This document shows, piece after piece, positions 1 through 10,407 of a stretch of DNA of 64,000 nucleotides. Origin of the DNA: Actinomycetota bacterium (lineage in GTDB: Bacteria > Actinomycetota > AC-67); assembly GCA_040905475.1 (NCBI GenBank), contig JBBDRM010000085.1, forward strand, positions 3,959 to 67,958, given 5' to 3'. Numbering within the stretch: the first letter of the stretch is position 1; each line of letters opens with the position of its first letter. The notes under the pieces were generated by a model, which saw only the letters and a program-made list of their open reading frames with translations, ran no database searches and was not told the DNA's origin. The translations under genes were made by a program, and so were the position numbers.

Positions 1-964
1 ACCCGTTCCACCACGTGCTCCATTTCGAGTAGAAGAGGAATGTCGCGATCGCCGACAACGCGAGGACCACAAGGCGCTGCTCGACGGGACTGCGGAGCCG
101 CCTGAGCGCCATCACCGCCCCGACGAATCCGAGGATGAGCACGGGCGAATAGACGAACATCCCTCGCCACCAGCCGAACGAAAGGCCGAACAGGGCGCTC
201 GGCATCTCGGCATCGAAGGCGATCCCCGAATGCGCGTAGCCGCCCGTCAGCCAACTCCCCCAGATCCACCGGTTCTGGATCAGCATGCCGGCCAGGGGCG
301 CCACGCTTCCTAGCGTGAAATAGCCGACGGGACGCTTGCCGCGCACGAGGTAGTAGAGGCCGACGAATGCGAACGTGATCCCCGTCGTCGGCCTGATGAA
401 GGTCGACGACGCGAACGCGAGCCCGGCCACAGCGGGCGCCCGCGGCTTCTCCGAGAAGAGCGCGATGAGGCCTATCAGTTGGAACATCGCGACCGGGGCA
501 TGCTGATACATGGCCATCGACGCCAACGGCCACATCGTCGTGCCGAAACCGAAGACGATCGCTCCGGCGATCGCGAGCCTGCGCTCGACCAGCCGCGACA
601 GGAGCACGTACATAAGGATGATCGCGGCGGCAACGGACGGGATCGCGACGGATGCCTGCAGGAGAGAGGTGGACGCGCCCATGCGCGTGAGCACCGCGAA
701 GATCGGCGCGGCCACCAGGCTGACCCCGACGCCGTAGATGGAGTACAGATGCGACCCGCGCTCACGGGCGAAGTATTCCGTGTCGTTGAAACGCGGATAC
801 CGGTCCAGATCGATGTCCCCATGAAGGACAAGGGCACGGGTCTGGAAGCTGTTGAGCTCGGTATCGGTGATCTGACGGAACGTGTACGTGGCCGCAAGGA
901 ACCCGACCAGGACGACGAACAGGAGCACGAACGCCGAGCGTGGCCGAACCGCCGGCGCTCTCAT
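1..964 (-). CDS. GT-C family integral membrane glycosyltransferase (PMT/ArnT-like). The 3' end runs off the window.
   Basis: ATG at 964 on the minus strand. I translated it by hand as a multi-TM protein (MRAPAVRPRSAFVLLFVVLVG...YSKWSTWWNG) with strongly GC-rich third codon positions. It is not in the ORF track because it crosses the window edge. Confidence 0.45.
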   Translation of the reverse strand, partial: MRAPAVRPRSAFVLLFVVLVGFLAATYTFRQITDTELNSFQTRALVLHGDIDLDRYPRFNDTEYFARERGSHLYSIYGVGVSLVAAPIFAVLTRMGASTSLLQASVAIPSVAAAIILMYVLLSRLVERRLAIAGAIVFGFGTTMWPLASMAMYQHAPVAMFQLIGLIALFSEKPRAPAVAGLAFASSTFIRPTTGITFAFVGLYYLVRGKRPVGYFTLGSVAPLAGMLIQNRWIWGSWLTGGYAHSGIAFDAEMPSALFGLSFGWWRGMFVYSPVLILGFVGAVMALRRLRSPVEQRLVVLALSAIATFLFYSKWSTWWNG

Positions 965-1096
965 CGGAGTGAATCGTATCCGCAGGTCGAGGAGCTGGAT
1001 GGGAGGACGGCCGACCCATATCGCAGAGGGCCCGAACTCCTACAGACGGGGAAAAACCCGCCGATACACTTACTGATCCTTGGGGGTCGGTGATCG

Positions 1097-3313
1097 ATGG
1101 CGCGCACGGTGCGTTCAACTCTTACGCCTACGTCGGCGGCGGGGAAGCTCTTCCTCGCGAGCTTCCTAAGCCTGTTCCTCGAGCTCGCACTCATCCGGTG
1201 GATCCCCGGCACCGTCCACATCGTGGGCTTCTTCACCAACCTCGTCCTGATCGGCAGTTTCCTCGGTTTGGGTATCGGCATGGCCCGCCCCGCCCCCGAG
1301 GGCGATGCCGCCTGGAGGACGTTCTTCCGACTGGCGGTCGTCGTCGGCGTGCTCGGACTGATCCACGTGCTCAACCCCGAGGTGGCTCTCCCCCAAGGCG
1401 GGGATTACGGCCTGAACGAGGCGTTGCTCGACGTGGGCATCTCCATCCCCTTGCCGTTCGTGTTGATCGCGGTGTTCGGGATGGTCGCATGGTCGATGAT
1501 CCCGCTGGGACAACTCGTGGCCTCGCCGTTCGACAAGCTCGAACGGATTCAGGCCTATTCGATCAACATCGGCGGGAGCCTTGCCGGGGTCGTCGCGTTC
1601 TCGATCCTGGCGTGGGCGCAGCTGCCCCCCGAGGTCTGGTTCGCGGTGGGCCTCGGCATCCTGTTCCTGATCGACCGAAGGGTCGGCAATCTGGTCCCTG
1701 CGCTCGTCGTCGTCGCGGTCCTTTTCGCGTTGCTCGTGAGCGACACGAACCGGTTCGCCAACGACGTCAAGTGGTCGCCGTATTACAAGGTCATCACGCG
1801 ACCGGTCGTCGAGGGGGGCACGCTCGACCAGGGATTCGTGATCGACGTAAACGATCAGTTCCTGCTCTCGGGTCTCGATCTACGCCCGGAGGCGTCGCTC
1901 GACATGCGCGCGCCACTCAACGTCGCGGCCGACGTCGAGATGCTCAAGTCCTATTACTCGCTCCCCTTCCAGCTACGGCCGGTGAAGCGAGTGCTCGTGC
2001 TCGGGGCCGGCGCGGGGAACGACGTCGCGGCTGCTCTGCGCAACGGCGTCGAGCACGTGACGGCGGTCGAGATCGATCCGCTCGTGCTGAGCCTCGGGAA
2101 GGCGCACCATCCGGAACGGCCGTACTCCTCCCCCAAGGTCGAGACGGTGCTCAACGACGCCCGCGCCTATCTGAACCGGACGGACGAGAAGTTCGATCTC
2201 ATCATCTTCGCGACGCTCGACGCCCACGGGCTCCTCTCCGGCGCAGCCAACGTGCGCCTCGACAGCTTCGTATACACGCGCGAAAGCCTCGAGTCCGCGA
2301 AGGAGCACCTGACCGACGACGGGCTGCTGGTGCTGTCGTTCGGGCCGTTCCGCGACGACATCCAGCTGCGTCAATACGCCATGGTTCGCTCCTTGTTCGA
2401 GCAGGATCCGATCTATCTGAAGCATACGAACCGTCACCGCACGATCGTCGCAGGAGACATCGACGCCCTGTCCCCGGCGGAATTGCCTTCGGAGTGGCGG
2501 AGGATCACCGACGACGAGATCGCGCGTGACCTCGAGCGCTTCCCGTACGCGTTGCGCCCGGCGACCGACGACTGGCCGCACCTGTACATCCGCGACAAGC
2601 ACGTGCCGACGGAGTACCTCGGCGTGTTCGCCGGCATCCTGTTGCTCTCGCTGCTGCTCGTTCGCCGTAGCTTCCGCGGGACGCGCCGGCTCGATGGGCA
2701 GTTCTTCTTCCTCGGGGCCGGCTTCCTGCTGATGGAGACGAAGAGCGTCACCGAGTACGCGCTTCTCGTCGGCTCGACGTGGCAGACGAACTCGCTGGTG
2801 TTCACCGTCATCTTGACGACCATCCTGGTCGCGAATCTCCTCGTCCTCACGCGCGTGCGCAAGCCACCGATCGGCGCGCTCTACGGTCTCGTGATCGCCA
2901 CGCTGGCGATGACCTACCTATGGCCGATCTCGCGGTGGGGTCTGGCGCCGGGCATCGGCGCGTACGCCGCGGCGGCGGTCTATCTCGGCGTGCCCATCTT
3001 CCTCGCGGCCGTGATCTTCGCTACCGCGTTCCGCAACGTGCGGCTCGGCAGCGAGGCACTCGCCAGCAACCTACTCGGGGCGGTGCTCGGTGGCGTGCTG
3101 GAGTACCTGTCGCTCGCGCTCGGCATCCGCGCGCTCAGCCTTCTCGCAGCCACGATGTACCTCGCTGCGTTCGCGTTCTGGGTGAGGCCTCGACGCCCGA
3201 GCACTCCGGGCCGCGCTCGATCCGTCGTCCGCTCCGCAGCCCACCCTGGCGGATCGGTAGCTCGCGCCACCCCCACACGCCACGCCGGCGCCGTAAGGAT
3301 TCGGCGGCGGTGA
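1097..3313 (+). CDS. Membrane-anchored spermidine-synthase-like protein (polyamine aminopropyltransferase fold fused to multi-TM domains).
   Basis: 738-aa ORF. The N-terminal TM block carries a FLELALIRW-type motif. The central region VLVLGAGAGNDVAAALRNGVEHVTAVEIDP is a class-I SAM/dcSAM-binding fold. Further TM helices sit at the C-terminus. Confidence 0.6.
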   Translation: MARTVRSTLTPTSAAGKLFLASFLSLFLELALIRWIPGTVHIVGFFTNLVLIGSFLGLGIGMARPAPEGDAAWRTFFRLAVVVGVLGLIHVLNPEVALPQGGDYGLNEALLDVGISIPLPFVLIAVFGMVAWSMIPLGQLVASPFDKLERIQAYSINIGGSLAGVVAFSILAWAQLPPEVWFAVGLGILFLIDRRVGNLVPALVVVAVLFALLVSDTNRFANDVKWSPYYKVITRPVVEGGTLDQGFVIDVNDQFLLSGLDLRPEASLDMRAPLNVAADVEMLKSYYSLPFQLRPVKRVLVLGAGAGNDVAAALRNGVEHVTAVEIDPLVLSLGKAHHPERPYSSPKVETVLNDARAYLNRTDEKFDLIIFATLDAHGLLSGAANVRLDSFVYTRESLESAKEHLTDDGLLVLSFGPFRDDIQLRQYAMVRSLFEQDPIYLKHTNRHRTIVAGDIDALSPAELPSEWRRITDDEIARDLERFPYALRPATDDWPHLYIRDKHVPTEYLGVFAGILLLSLLLVRRSFRGTRRLDGQFFFLGAGFLLMETKSVTEYALLVGSTWQTNSLVFTVILTTILVANLLVLTRVRKPPIGALYGLVIATLAMTYLWPISRWGLAPGIGAYAAAAVYLGVPIFLAAVIFATAFRNVRLGSEALASNLLGAVLGGVLEYLSLALGIRALSLLAATMYLAAFAFWVRPRRPSTPGRARSVVRSAAHPGGSVARATPTRHAGAVRIRRR

Positions 3314-4428
3314 CCCCGGCCAGGCGGGTTGCGCTCTCGTGTGCTACAGCGGCCGTCGCCATCAGCGCGGTCGCGGTACTCGCGACCCTTTCCGTTCGGG
3401 ACTGGCGGGTCAGCACGCTCGTACGCATGTCGGCCGAGGAGCCGATGGCCCGGCTCGCCCGCGAGACCGATCCCGGCTTCGCGTTCGTCCACTTCGAGGC
3501 CCACTACGACGGCGTCTACTTCTACGCGATCGCGAACGACCCGTTCGCCCGCGGAGAAGCGCACCGTCTGATCGATGCCGCTCCGTATCGCTACGGCCAC
3601 GCCGGCTACGGCTGGCTCGCATGGATCGTGAGCTTCGGACGGGCGAGCGCGGTGCCGGCGGCACTTCTGGGATTGGGCCTCGCGGGCATGGCGATCGCTG
3701 CGTACGTGTCGAGCCTCCTCGCGCGCGAACTCGGATGGTCCGGCTGGTGGGGGCTCGTCGTCGGGCTCTCGCCCGGAGCGATCTTCGCGGTCACCGTCGA
3801 CACCAGCGAGCCGGTCGCGATGGCGGCGACCGCGCTGGCGCTGCTTGCGTGGACGAGACGCCGGTGGGGATGGGCCGGGATCGCGCTCGTCGCGGCGTGC
3901 TTGATCAAAGAGCCGCTGCTGCTGGTTGCGGCTGGACTCGGCGTTTGGGAAGCGCTGCGCGTGCTGCGGGGGCAGCGCTCTCCCGACCTGCTGCGGCGAG
4001 GGCTCGCGATCGTCGCGGGGCCCGTGAGTTTCGGGGCGTGGGCGATCTATCTGCGAGCCACGTTCGGCGAGTGGCCCTTCAGCCATCCATCGAACGAGTT
4101 CCTGGTATTCCCGTTCACGGGATGGGCGGACAGCCTCCGCAAGGCCGCCGATCTGGCCATGGGGTCTTTCGACCAGTCGCAGATCGGAAACGCCGCCGTG
4201 GCGTTGCTCCCCGTCACCGGCGCGGCGCTGCTGATCGGCATGGTGCGAGCAGGACGGCTGCGGTCCGAGCTGGATCCGATCTTCCTGCTCTACGCGCTGC
4301 TGATCTTCAGCTTGAACTGGCTGGGACTGCTCTACCCGAAGGACCTCATCCGGGAGACGACGATCCCGATGGCCCTCCTCCCGGCGGTGATCGCCTCGGT
4401 CCGCCGGTCCGGGCCCGGGGAGGGATAG
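3310..4428 (+). CDS. Integral membrane protein, possibly an uncharacterised GT-C-like glycosyltransferase.
   Basis: GTG at 3310 overlaps the upstream stop (GTGA). About 10 TM helices. The ORF-track entry 2779..4428 has a spurious 5' extension that overlaps the previous gene. Confidence 0.45.
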   Translation: MTPARRVALSCATAAVAISAVAVLATLSVRDWRVSTLVRMSAEEPMARLARETDPGFAFVHFEAHYDGVYFYAIANDPFARGEAHRLIDAAPYRYGHAGYGWLAWIVSFGRASAVPAALLGLGLAGMAIAAYVSSLLARELGWSGWWGLVVGLSPGAIFAVTVDTSEPVAMAATALALLAWTRRRWGWAGIALVAACLIKEPLLLVAAGLGVWEALRVLRGQRSPDLLRRGLAIVAGPVSFGAWAIYLRATFGEWPFSHPSNEFLVFPFTGWADSLRKAADLAMGSFDQSQIGNAAVALLPVTGAALLIGMVRAGRLRSELDPIFLLYALLIFSLNWLGLLYPKDLIRETTIPMALLPAVIASVRRSGPGEG

Positions 4429-4479
4429 CCGCCTCAGGCCCCGAACCTACCTCGTACGGATCCGGGGGAGGGCGCTCAC

Positions 4480-6750
4480 GTGCCGAAACGAACCTTCATC
4501 GCGGTCGCGCTGATGCTTGCCGCCGTCGCTCCCGCCGCCGCCGACGAGCCGCAGTCGATGAGCGACGCCGACGTGTACGCGAGCGTCGGGGAGACCGAGG
4601 TGGTGCTCGGCAACGCGACCGTCGAGCGCCGCTGGCGGCGAGACGCGCTCGTCACCACCGCGGTCGTCGACAAACGTCCCGGCGGCCGGACGTTGGGCGA
4701 GCATCCCGATTTCTCGCTGCTGCTCGACGGCCTGTCCGTCGCCAGCGACCGCTTCACGATCGAGGACGTGACGCTGTCGACGCTGTCGCGAGGCGGACTC
4801 CGCATGACGTTCTCGCTGACGCTCGCGGGACTCGTCGGATTCGAGCGCGTCGTCGAGGCGTACCCCGGCGTGGCCGGATTCTCGAGCCGCACGACCGTCA
4901 CGCCGCTGTTGCCGCTCGCCGTCTCCGGCTACACGCTCGACGAGGTCGCGGCGGGAGCGGGCCTCACGCCGACGATCCACGCGTTCAGGGCCGGCGCGGA
5001 CTGGCGAGACGAAGGGTGGAGCCCGTTCTCGATCGGCGACGCGCACCTGGGGGACTGGCACGTGTCCGAGACCACAGGCGCCGGACAGGCGCTGAACGCG
5101 CCGGGCGAATGGCTCTCGGCGTCCGGAGCCGACGGTCGCACCGTGTTCATAGTGATGGAGCGGCACGACTACGCCTCCTCGCGCATGGCCTACGAGGGTG
5201 GCACCGCGAGCGCGGTGGTCGACCTATCCCGCGACATCGTCTACACGGGCCCGTTCGAGGAGTCGATCCACGTCGAGAACCCCACTCCCCGGCCGGCCCG
5301 TCACCGCGTTCTCGTTCCGGGCCGCACGGTCGAGCTCGAGCGCGCCTTCACCGGCTTCGGCTCCGACCTCGACGACGAGCCGTGGCAGTTCTACCGCTAC
5401 CTAACCGGCCACCGGCTGATCCCCTATCAGAAGGCGGTCACGTTCAACACGAACCAGGTGGACGACAACGCCATCTCGACCGGCGCCAAGGACGACGTGG
5501 ACTTCGCACGCTTCGAAAAGCTCGCCGACGCGGCGCGAGAGATGGGTGTCGAGACCTTCATATTCGACGACGGCTGGCAGGCGACGTCGGGCGATTGGTG
5601 TCCCGACTCGCCAGACTGTCCCGAGCCGCGCTCGCCGCGGTGGCCACCCCGCTTCCCCGACTCGACCTTCACCGCGGTGCGGCAGGAGCTCGCCGGCGAT
5701 CCTTCGACCGGCGCCGACGACATGGCGCTTGGACTGTGGATGAATCCGATGGAGTACCACCCGGCCTCGGCCGCGTTCGAGAACAGCCCGAGCTGGGCGT
5801 GCCTGCCGGTCGGGCTCGGCACGGGGGTCGTCAACCTCGCGCAGCCCGACGACGGCTCGAACGAGGCCGGGATCGGCGTGTGGAACCCCGAGGCGCTCGG
5901 CCTGCACCCCGATACCCGCGCGCCGACGAGGTTGATCGACTATATCGAGGAACGGATCCTCCGCATGATCGAGTCCTACGGCGCGCGCTACTTCAAGTTC
6001 GACTTCTTGGTGTGGCTCGACTGTCTCGGCGTGGAGCCGGTCGACATGTACGGCTACCGCGAGTCGTTCATCGCGCTTCTCGACCGGCTGCAGGCCGCAC
6101 ACCCCGAGGTGACGTTCCAGATCGACGAGACCAACGACTACCGCCTGTTCCCGTTCGAGTCGGTCGCGCGGGGGCCGTCGTGGTTCCAGAACGGCGGCCC
6201 ACCGACGCCGCAGCTGCTGCACAACATCTGGAACCTGGCGCCGTACGTGCCGGGCTTCTCGCTCGGCCAGCATGCACTCGGAAACGCCGCCGAGATCGAC
6301 GAGCGTGGCATCGACTCACTGATGGCCGCGGCGCTCGGCTCGCACATCACGTTCTGGACCGAGATCGGCGAGCAGCTCAGTCCGGCTGAGCGCGCCCAAG
6401 TGAAGCTGTGGACCGATTTTTACAAGGCGAACCGCGAAGGGCTCGCGACGTTCACCTATCCTCTGCTCGCCGACCCGCTGGCTGAGGGCTGGACGGCATT
6501 GCAGCCCTGGAACCCGGACACAGGGACGGGCTTCCTGCTCGCGTACCGCCAAGGAGCGACCACGGCCACGCAAACGATCGCGCTGCGGGGTGTGCGCGGC
6601 GAGGGTTCGTTCGTCCTGACCGCCCTCGATCCCGCGACCGGAACGCAGTCGGGACTCGGAGCCTTCTCTGCAGACGCGCTGCGAGCAGGGATCGGCGTGA
6701 GCATCGCTCAGCCGTACGGCTACGCGATCGTTCAGATAGTGCCGGCGTAG
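4480..6750 (+). CDS. Secreted glycoside hydrolase, GH36/melibiase-like (alpha-galactosidase family).
   Basis: Signal peptide MPKRTFIAVALMLAAVAPAAA. A FIFDDGWQ motif and a YFKFDFLVWLD (KWD-like) motif are typical of clan GH-D. Confidence 0.45.
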   Translation: MPKRTFIAVALMLAAVAPAAADEPQSMSDADVYASVGETEVVLGNATVERRWRRDALVTTAVVDKRPGGRTLGEHPDFSLLLDGLSVASDRFTIEDVTLSTLSRGGLRMTFSLTLAGLVGFERVVEAYPGVAGFSSRTTVTPLLPLAVSGYTLDEVAAGAGLTPTIHAFRAGADWRDEGWSPFSIGDAHLGDWHVSETTGAGQALNAPGEWLSASGADGRTVFIVMERHDYASSRMAYEGGTASAVVDLSRDIVYTGPFEESIHVENPTPRPARHRVLVPGRTVELERAFTGFGSDLDDEPWQFYRYLTGHRLIPYQKAVTFNTNQVDDNAISTGAKDDVDFARFEKLADAAREMGVETFIFDDGWQATSGDWCPDSPDCPEPRSPRWPPRFPDSTFTAVRQELAGDPSTGADDMALGLWMNPMEYHPASAAFENSPSWACLPVGLGTGVVNLAQPDDGSNEAGIGVWNPEALGLHPDTRAPTRLIDYIEERILRMIESYGARYFKFDFLVWLDCLGVEPVDMYGYRESFIALLDRLQAAHPEVTFQIDETNDYRLFPFESVARGPSWFQNGGPPTPQLLHNIWNLAPYVPGFSLGQHALGNAAEIDERGIDSLMAAALGSHITFWTEIGEQLSPAERAQVKLWTDFYKANREGLATFTYPLLADPLAEGWTALQPWNPDTGTGFLLAYRQGATTATQTIALRGVRGEGSFVLTALDPATGTQSGLGAFSADALRAGIGVSIAQPYGYAIVQIVPA

Positions 6751-6753
6751 CTC

Positions 6754-7578
6754 CTACGCGTTCGGATCCACGCCCAGCAGGCGCTCCCGATTCACGGCCG
6801 TCCGTCCGCGGATGAGTCCGAGCAGCGCCCCCAGCCACGCGAGCAAGCCCAGGAACCACCCGGCCCCCGACGCCCCCAACAGCGATCCGGAGGATTGGCC
6901 GGCCGCCAGCAGGATCAGCGGCAGGGTGATCAAACCCGACGCCTGCTGCGCGGCCGCCGCACTCTTCACCTTCGAAGAAACACGAACGACGAAAGACAGT
7001 GCGAGCGCGATGAACGGAGGCACTATCCAGAACATCAAGAGCCACCAATCGGCGGTCGGGAAGAACCACCCACCGACCTGTGGGCCGACGATGATGTTCA
7101 CGACTAAGGCATAGATGCTGAACCCCACGAGCGTCGTCAAGTAGCCGGGGATGAACGACGCGATCAGCTTGCCGAGGTAGATCTCCCGCTCGTCGGCCGG
7201 TGAATGCGCAAGGAACTCGCCGGTGCCCTTCTCTCGCTCGCCGACGATCGCGTTCGCGGCCACCGCCGAGGAGATCGTCAGGGGAACGACCACCGCGAGC
7301 GGTGCGAACAGGTAGACGGCCATCGCGAACGAGGCTCGCGCGGCCGGCGTGTTCCCGCGAACCGTATCCTGCACGCTCTGCGGGAGGACATCGAGGGTCT
7401 CCCCCACCTTACGGATGATCTCGACGTTCTCCAGACGGGAGATCGTGAACAGCAGCACCGTCGGGATGATCACGAAGAACAGCCCGGCCATGATCATCAT
7501 CGGGATCCAGAAGTCCCTGCTGTCCCGAAGTTGCTTCAGATCGGTGCGAGCGATCACCCACGCGCGGCGCCAATTCAC
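6754..7578 (-). CDS. ABC-2 type transporter permease.
   Basis: Six predicted TM helices. It overlaps the upstream ATPase gene by 4 bp (ATGA). Confidence 0.6.
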   Translation of the reverse strand: MNWRRAWVIARTDLKQLRDSRDFWIPMMIMAGLFFVIIPTVLLFTISRLENVEIIRKVGETLDVLPQSVQDTVRGNTPAARASFAMAVYLFAPLAVVVPLTISSAVAANAIVGEREKGTGEFLAHSPADEREIYLGKLIASFIPGYLTTLVGFSIYALVVNIIVGPQVGGWFFPTADWWLLMFWIVPPFIALALSFVVRVSSKVKSAAAAQQASGLITLPLILLAAGQSSGSLLGASGAGWFLGLLAWLGALLGLIRGRTAVNRERLLGVDPNA

Positions 7579-8537
7579 GATGCGTCCTCCTCGATCTCCG
7601 CGCCGCCGATGTCGACCGAGTCCCCGTGCTCGCCGCGCTGAACCGCGAAGTACAGCTCCTCGAGCGTCGGCGTGCGCGGCTGGACCCGCGTGAGACGCAC
7701 GCCGGCCTTGGCGAGCGCCGCGATGATGTCGGGCACGCGCCCGATCTCGTCCAACTCGACGAGCGCGTGGCCGTTCCGCTCGAAGGACACAACGCCCTTG
7801 AGACGCTCGACCTTGGCGAACAGCCGGTCGCGGTCCTCCGCGTCGAGCAATACCTGAGGGGGCCAGTAGCGAGCGGCGAGCTCGGCCGGTGAGCCGGCGA
7901 CGACGCTGCGGCCGCGTTCCATGATCACGACCTGATCCGCGATCCCTTCAGCCTCGAGCAAGAGGTGGGTGCACATGATGACGGTCTTGCCGGTCGTCGC
8001 CATCCAGTCGATGTGCGCGAGCACGGAACGCGCGGCTTCCGGGTCGAGCCCGGCGGTCGGCTCGTCGAGCAGGAGTAGATCCGGATCGTGCAGGACCGCT
8101 CGCGCGAGGGCGAGGCGGCTCTTCATCCCCGTCGAGTAGCCGCCCACGCGCAGATCGAGCGCGTTGGAGATGCCGAAGCGCTCGGCCGCTTCAGGGATCC
8201 GTCCCTGACCGACGCCGAACAGGTCGGCGGCGTAGCGGAGATTGTCCCGGCCGGTGAGCCGGTCGTAGAGCGCCGGCTTCGCGGAGACCACCCCGCACCG
8301 CTGGCGGACCGCTTCGCCCTGTAGGAGCGGATCCATCCCGAAGACCCGAACCGTCCCGTTCTGCGGCCGGAGCGCGCCGGTGATCAGGCGGACGGCGGTG
8401 GTCTTCCCGGCCCCGTTGGGGCCCACCAGAACGGCCACGGAGCCCGGAGGGGCGACCAGGGTCAACTCGGCTATGGCGAGAACCCGCCCGAACGAGCGGG
8501 CGACGCCTTCTAGCTGGACGACGGGGGTTTCGCTCAC
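7575..8537 (-). CDS. ABC transporter ATP-binding protein.
   Basis: Walker A GPNGAGKTT, the LSGGMKQR-like signature and a Walker B LLLDEPT motif. Confidence 0.8.
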   Translation of the reverse strand: MSETPVVQLEGVARSFGRVLAIAELTLVAPPGSVAVLVGPNGAGKTTAVRLITGALRPQNGTVRVFGMDPLLQGEAVRQRCGVVSAKPALYDRLTGRDNLRYAADLFGVGQGRIPEAAERFGISNALDLRVGGYSTGMKSRLALARAVLHDPDLLLLDEPTAGLDPEAARSVLAHIDWMATTGKTVIMCTHLLLEAEGIADQVVIMERGRSVVAGSPAELAARYWPPQVLLDAEDRDRLFAKVERLKGVVSFERNGHALVELDEIGRVPDIIAALAKAGVRLTRVQPRTPTLEELYFAVQRGEHGDSVDIGGAEIEEDAS

Positions 8538-8628
8538 GCGCAGACGGGTCCTCGGTTCGGGCCTCCGAGCGTACCATCGGCCTCTTAGGGCGGCCTCTCA
8601 AGGGCCGGATCGCCGGAGATTTCGCGTC

Positions 8629-10407
8629 CTAACGGATCAGCAAGACGCCCTGGAGCGGGATCGGGGTGACTCGATCCGGGTCCGGCTGCATGCGCAGGAC
8701 GCCCTGACCGCTCACCTCCAGCCGGAAGGTCACGAACTGGGCCTTGGTCTGGTACTGAAGGCCTTGCCCGGCGAACCGGAAGGGGAAGGCGAAAGGCGTG
8801 AAGAAGGTGCCCTCGATATCGAGCAGAGCCTGCCCCCCGATGAGGTGCTGGGTCTCACGCTCCGACCACAGGGCAAGGTCCTCGAAGAACCCTGCCTCGG
8901 GCGCGATCCACGTGAGACCGCCGCTGCCGGCGCCGAGATCGACGCGACCGTTGTCGACGTACACCATCGTTCGCATCAGGTTCAGCGTCGCGAACGAATC
9001 CTTCTCGAAGTTGCCGACCGCCTGGCTCTGCTCGGTATCGCCCTTGCGGAAGTAAACGTAGCCGTCCCACGACCCCGTTGTATCGGCGCAGGAAGAGACG
9101 TTCACGCAGAGCTTCCCGGTGCTCGATCCGACGTTCACGGTCCCTTCGAACACGACGTTCGAGGGCGCTTGGAAGATGACTTCGTTCGCGAGGTCGAGCT
9201 GGCCGCAGCTCACGTACCAGTTACCAGGAGGTATCACGATGCTCGGCGAGCTCGGTTGGGTCTTGCACGTCGGGAAGTAGGAGTCGGCCGAGGTGAACCC
9301 CGCCGGGATCCCGGTCGCTCCGATCGCGTTTCGAAGATTGTCCATGTGCGGAGCCTCGGTCGCTGCGTCCCGGCAAGGAGCGACCGCCACACCGTAGTAC
9401 GCCGGATAGGAAGACTTGCAGTTGTACCGGTGGTCGATCGGCGCTCGCGTGATGCGATGGCCTGCGATCGGGCGCGGTACCAGCCGGCATCCCGTGACGT
9501 CGATGTCCTCGAAGGCTTGGCCCGGGTTCTGACCCGGCATGAGGGCGAAGCTGAAGATGAGCCCGTTGTTCACGTTGCAGTCGAGCTCGCTGACGCCTCC
9601 GGCCTGGATCTTGGAATTCTGGGTGCCGAACGCATCGATGGAGAAGTCCTGGGTTGCCTGGGTGCACTTCCGCTCCGTGGGGGTGCCGCCGCTCACCTCC
9701 GACGCGCTCGAGTCGACGGTGATGATGCCGGGGAAGTTCCCGACCGGCATGACGAAGACCTTCGCCTGTCCCGAAGCGACCAGGGCCTTACAGCCGGTCG
9801 GATCGAGAAGCACGAGCGAAACGAGGCCGTCCAAACTCTTGCCGGCGGTCGCTCGCGCCACGGCCGGCGGCCTGCTCGTGCCCTGCGTGGCATTGAGGAC
9901 CCCGCCGAACAGGTACGTCCTTGTTCTTTGGACCTCTACGGCGATCCGCTGACAGGGTGAACCGTCGATCGCGACGTCCAGTCGTCCTTGCATGTACGGA
10001 GAGCCATCGGGCACAGGATTGATGATCGTCACCTGATACGGCGGAACTTGCACCACGGCGGCTGTCTCGGGCGTCGTGGCGCCACAGAATGGGACAGAGG
10101 CGAACGCCGCGCACGCGCTGGCCGGGGTCGGTACATTGCCGAGGCCGCGCGTGTTGGCCACGAAGTACTGATAGGCCGCGACGCATCCTCCGTAGGGATT
10201 CCCGCCTCCGACCGGATCGAGGGCCATCGCGCCGGCCATCGCTGCGAAATCCCCCGTCGCCTGACCCGCGCGCGCGTCCGCGCGCAACGCCGCGATGTCG
10301 ATGACCAGGGCCACGAGGGTGAACATCGCGACCAGCAGGACGGTCACGAGCACGGCACTCGCTCCCCGTTCCTCGCCCAAACGAGCGAAGATCCCGCGCC
10401 TGCTCAT
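8629..10407 (-). CDS. TadG-like pilus-assembly or surface protein with an N-terminal TadE-like TM segment.
   Basis: Internal start MSRRGIFARLGEERGASAVLVTVLLVAMFTLVALVIDIA at 10407 forms an ATGA overlap with the upstream gene. It is a large, Cys-containing extracellular protein. The ORF-track 5' extension to 10761 is Arg-rich and overlaps the TadE gene. Confidence 0.5.
   Translation of the reverse strand: MSRRGIFARLGEERGASAVLVTVLLVAMFTLVALVIDIAALRADARAGQATGDFAAMAGAMALDPVGGGNPYGGCVAAYQYFVANTRGLGNVPTPASACAAFASVPFCGATTPETAAVVQVPPYQVTIINPVPDGSPYMQGRLDVAIDGSPCQRIAVEVQRTRTYLFGGVLNATQGTSRPPAVARATAGKSLDGLVSLVLLDPTGCKALVASGQAKVFVMPVGNFPGIITVDSSASEVSGGTPTERKCTQATQDFSIDAFGTQNSKIQAGGVSELDCNVNNGLIFSFALMPGQNPGQAFEDIDVTGCRLVPRPIAGHRITRAPIDHRYNCKSSYPAYYGVAVAPCRDAATEAPHMDNLRNAIGATGIPAGFTSADSYFPTCKTQPSSPSIVIPPGNWYVSCGQLDLANEVIFQAPSNVVFEGTVNVGSSTGKLCVNVSSCADTTGSWDGYVYFRKGDTEQSQAVGNFEKDSFATLNLMRTMVYVDNGRVDLGAGSGGLTWIAPEAGFFEDLALWSERETQHLIGGQALLDIEGTFFTPFAFPFRFAGQGLQYQTKAQFVTFRLEVSGQGVLRMQPDPDRVTPIPLQGVLLIR

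Noticed and set aside
3339-6389. 1016-aa plus-strand ORF that is extremely Arg/Gly/Ala-rich.
   Set aside because: Its composition is typical of an out-of-frame reading of high-GC DNA. It overlaps three well-supported genes (the membrane protein, the GH36-like hydrolase and others) in a different frame.
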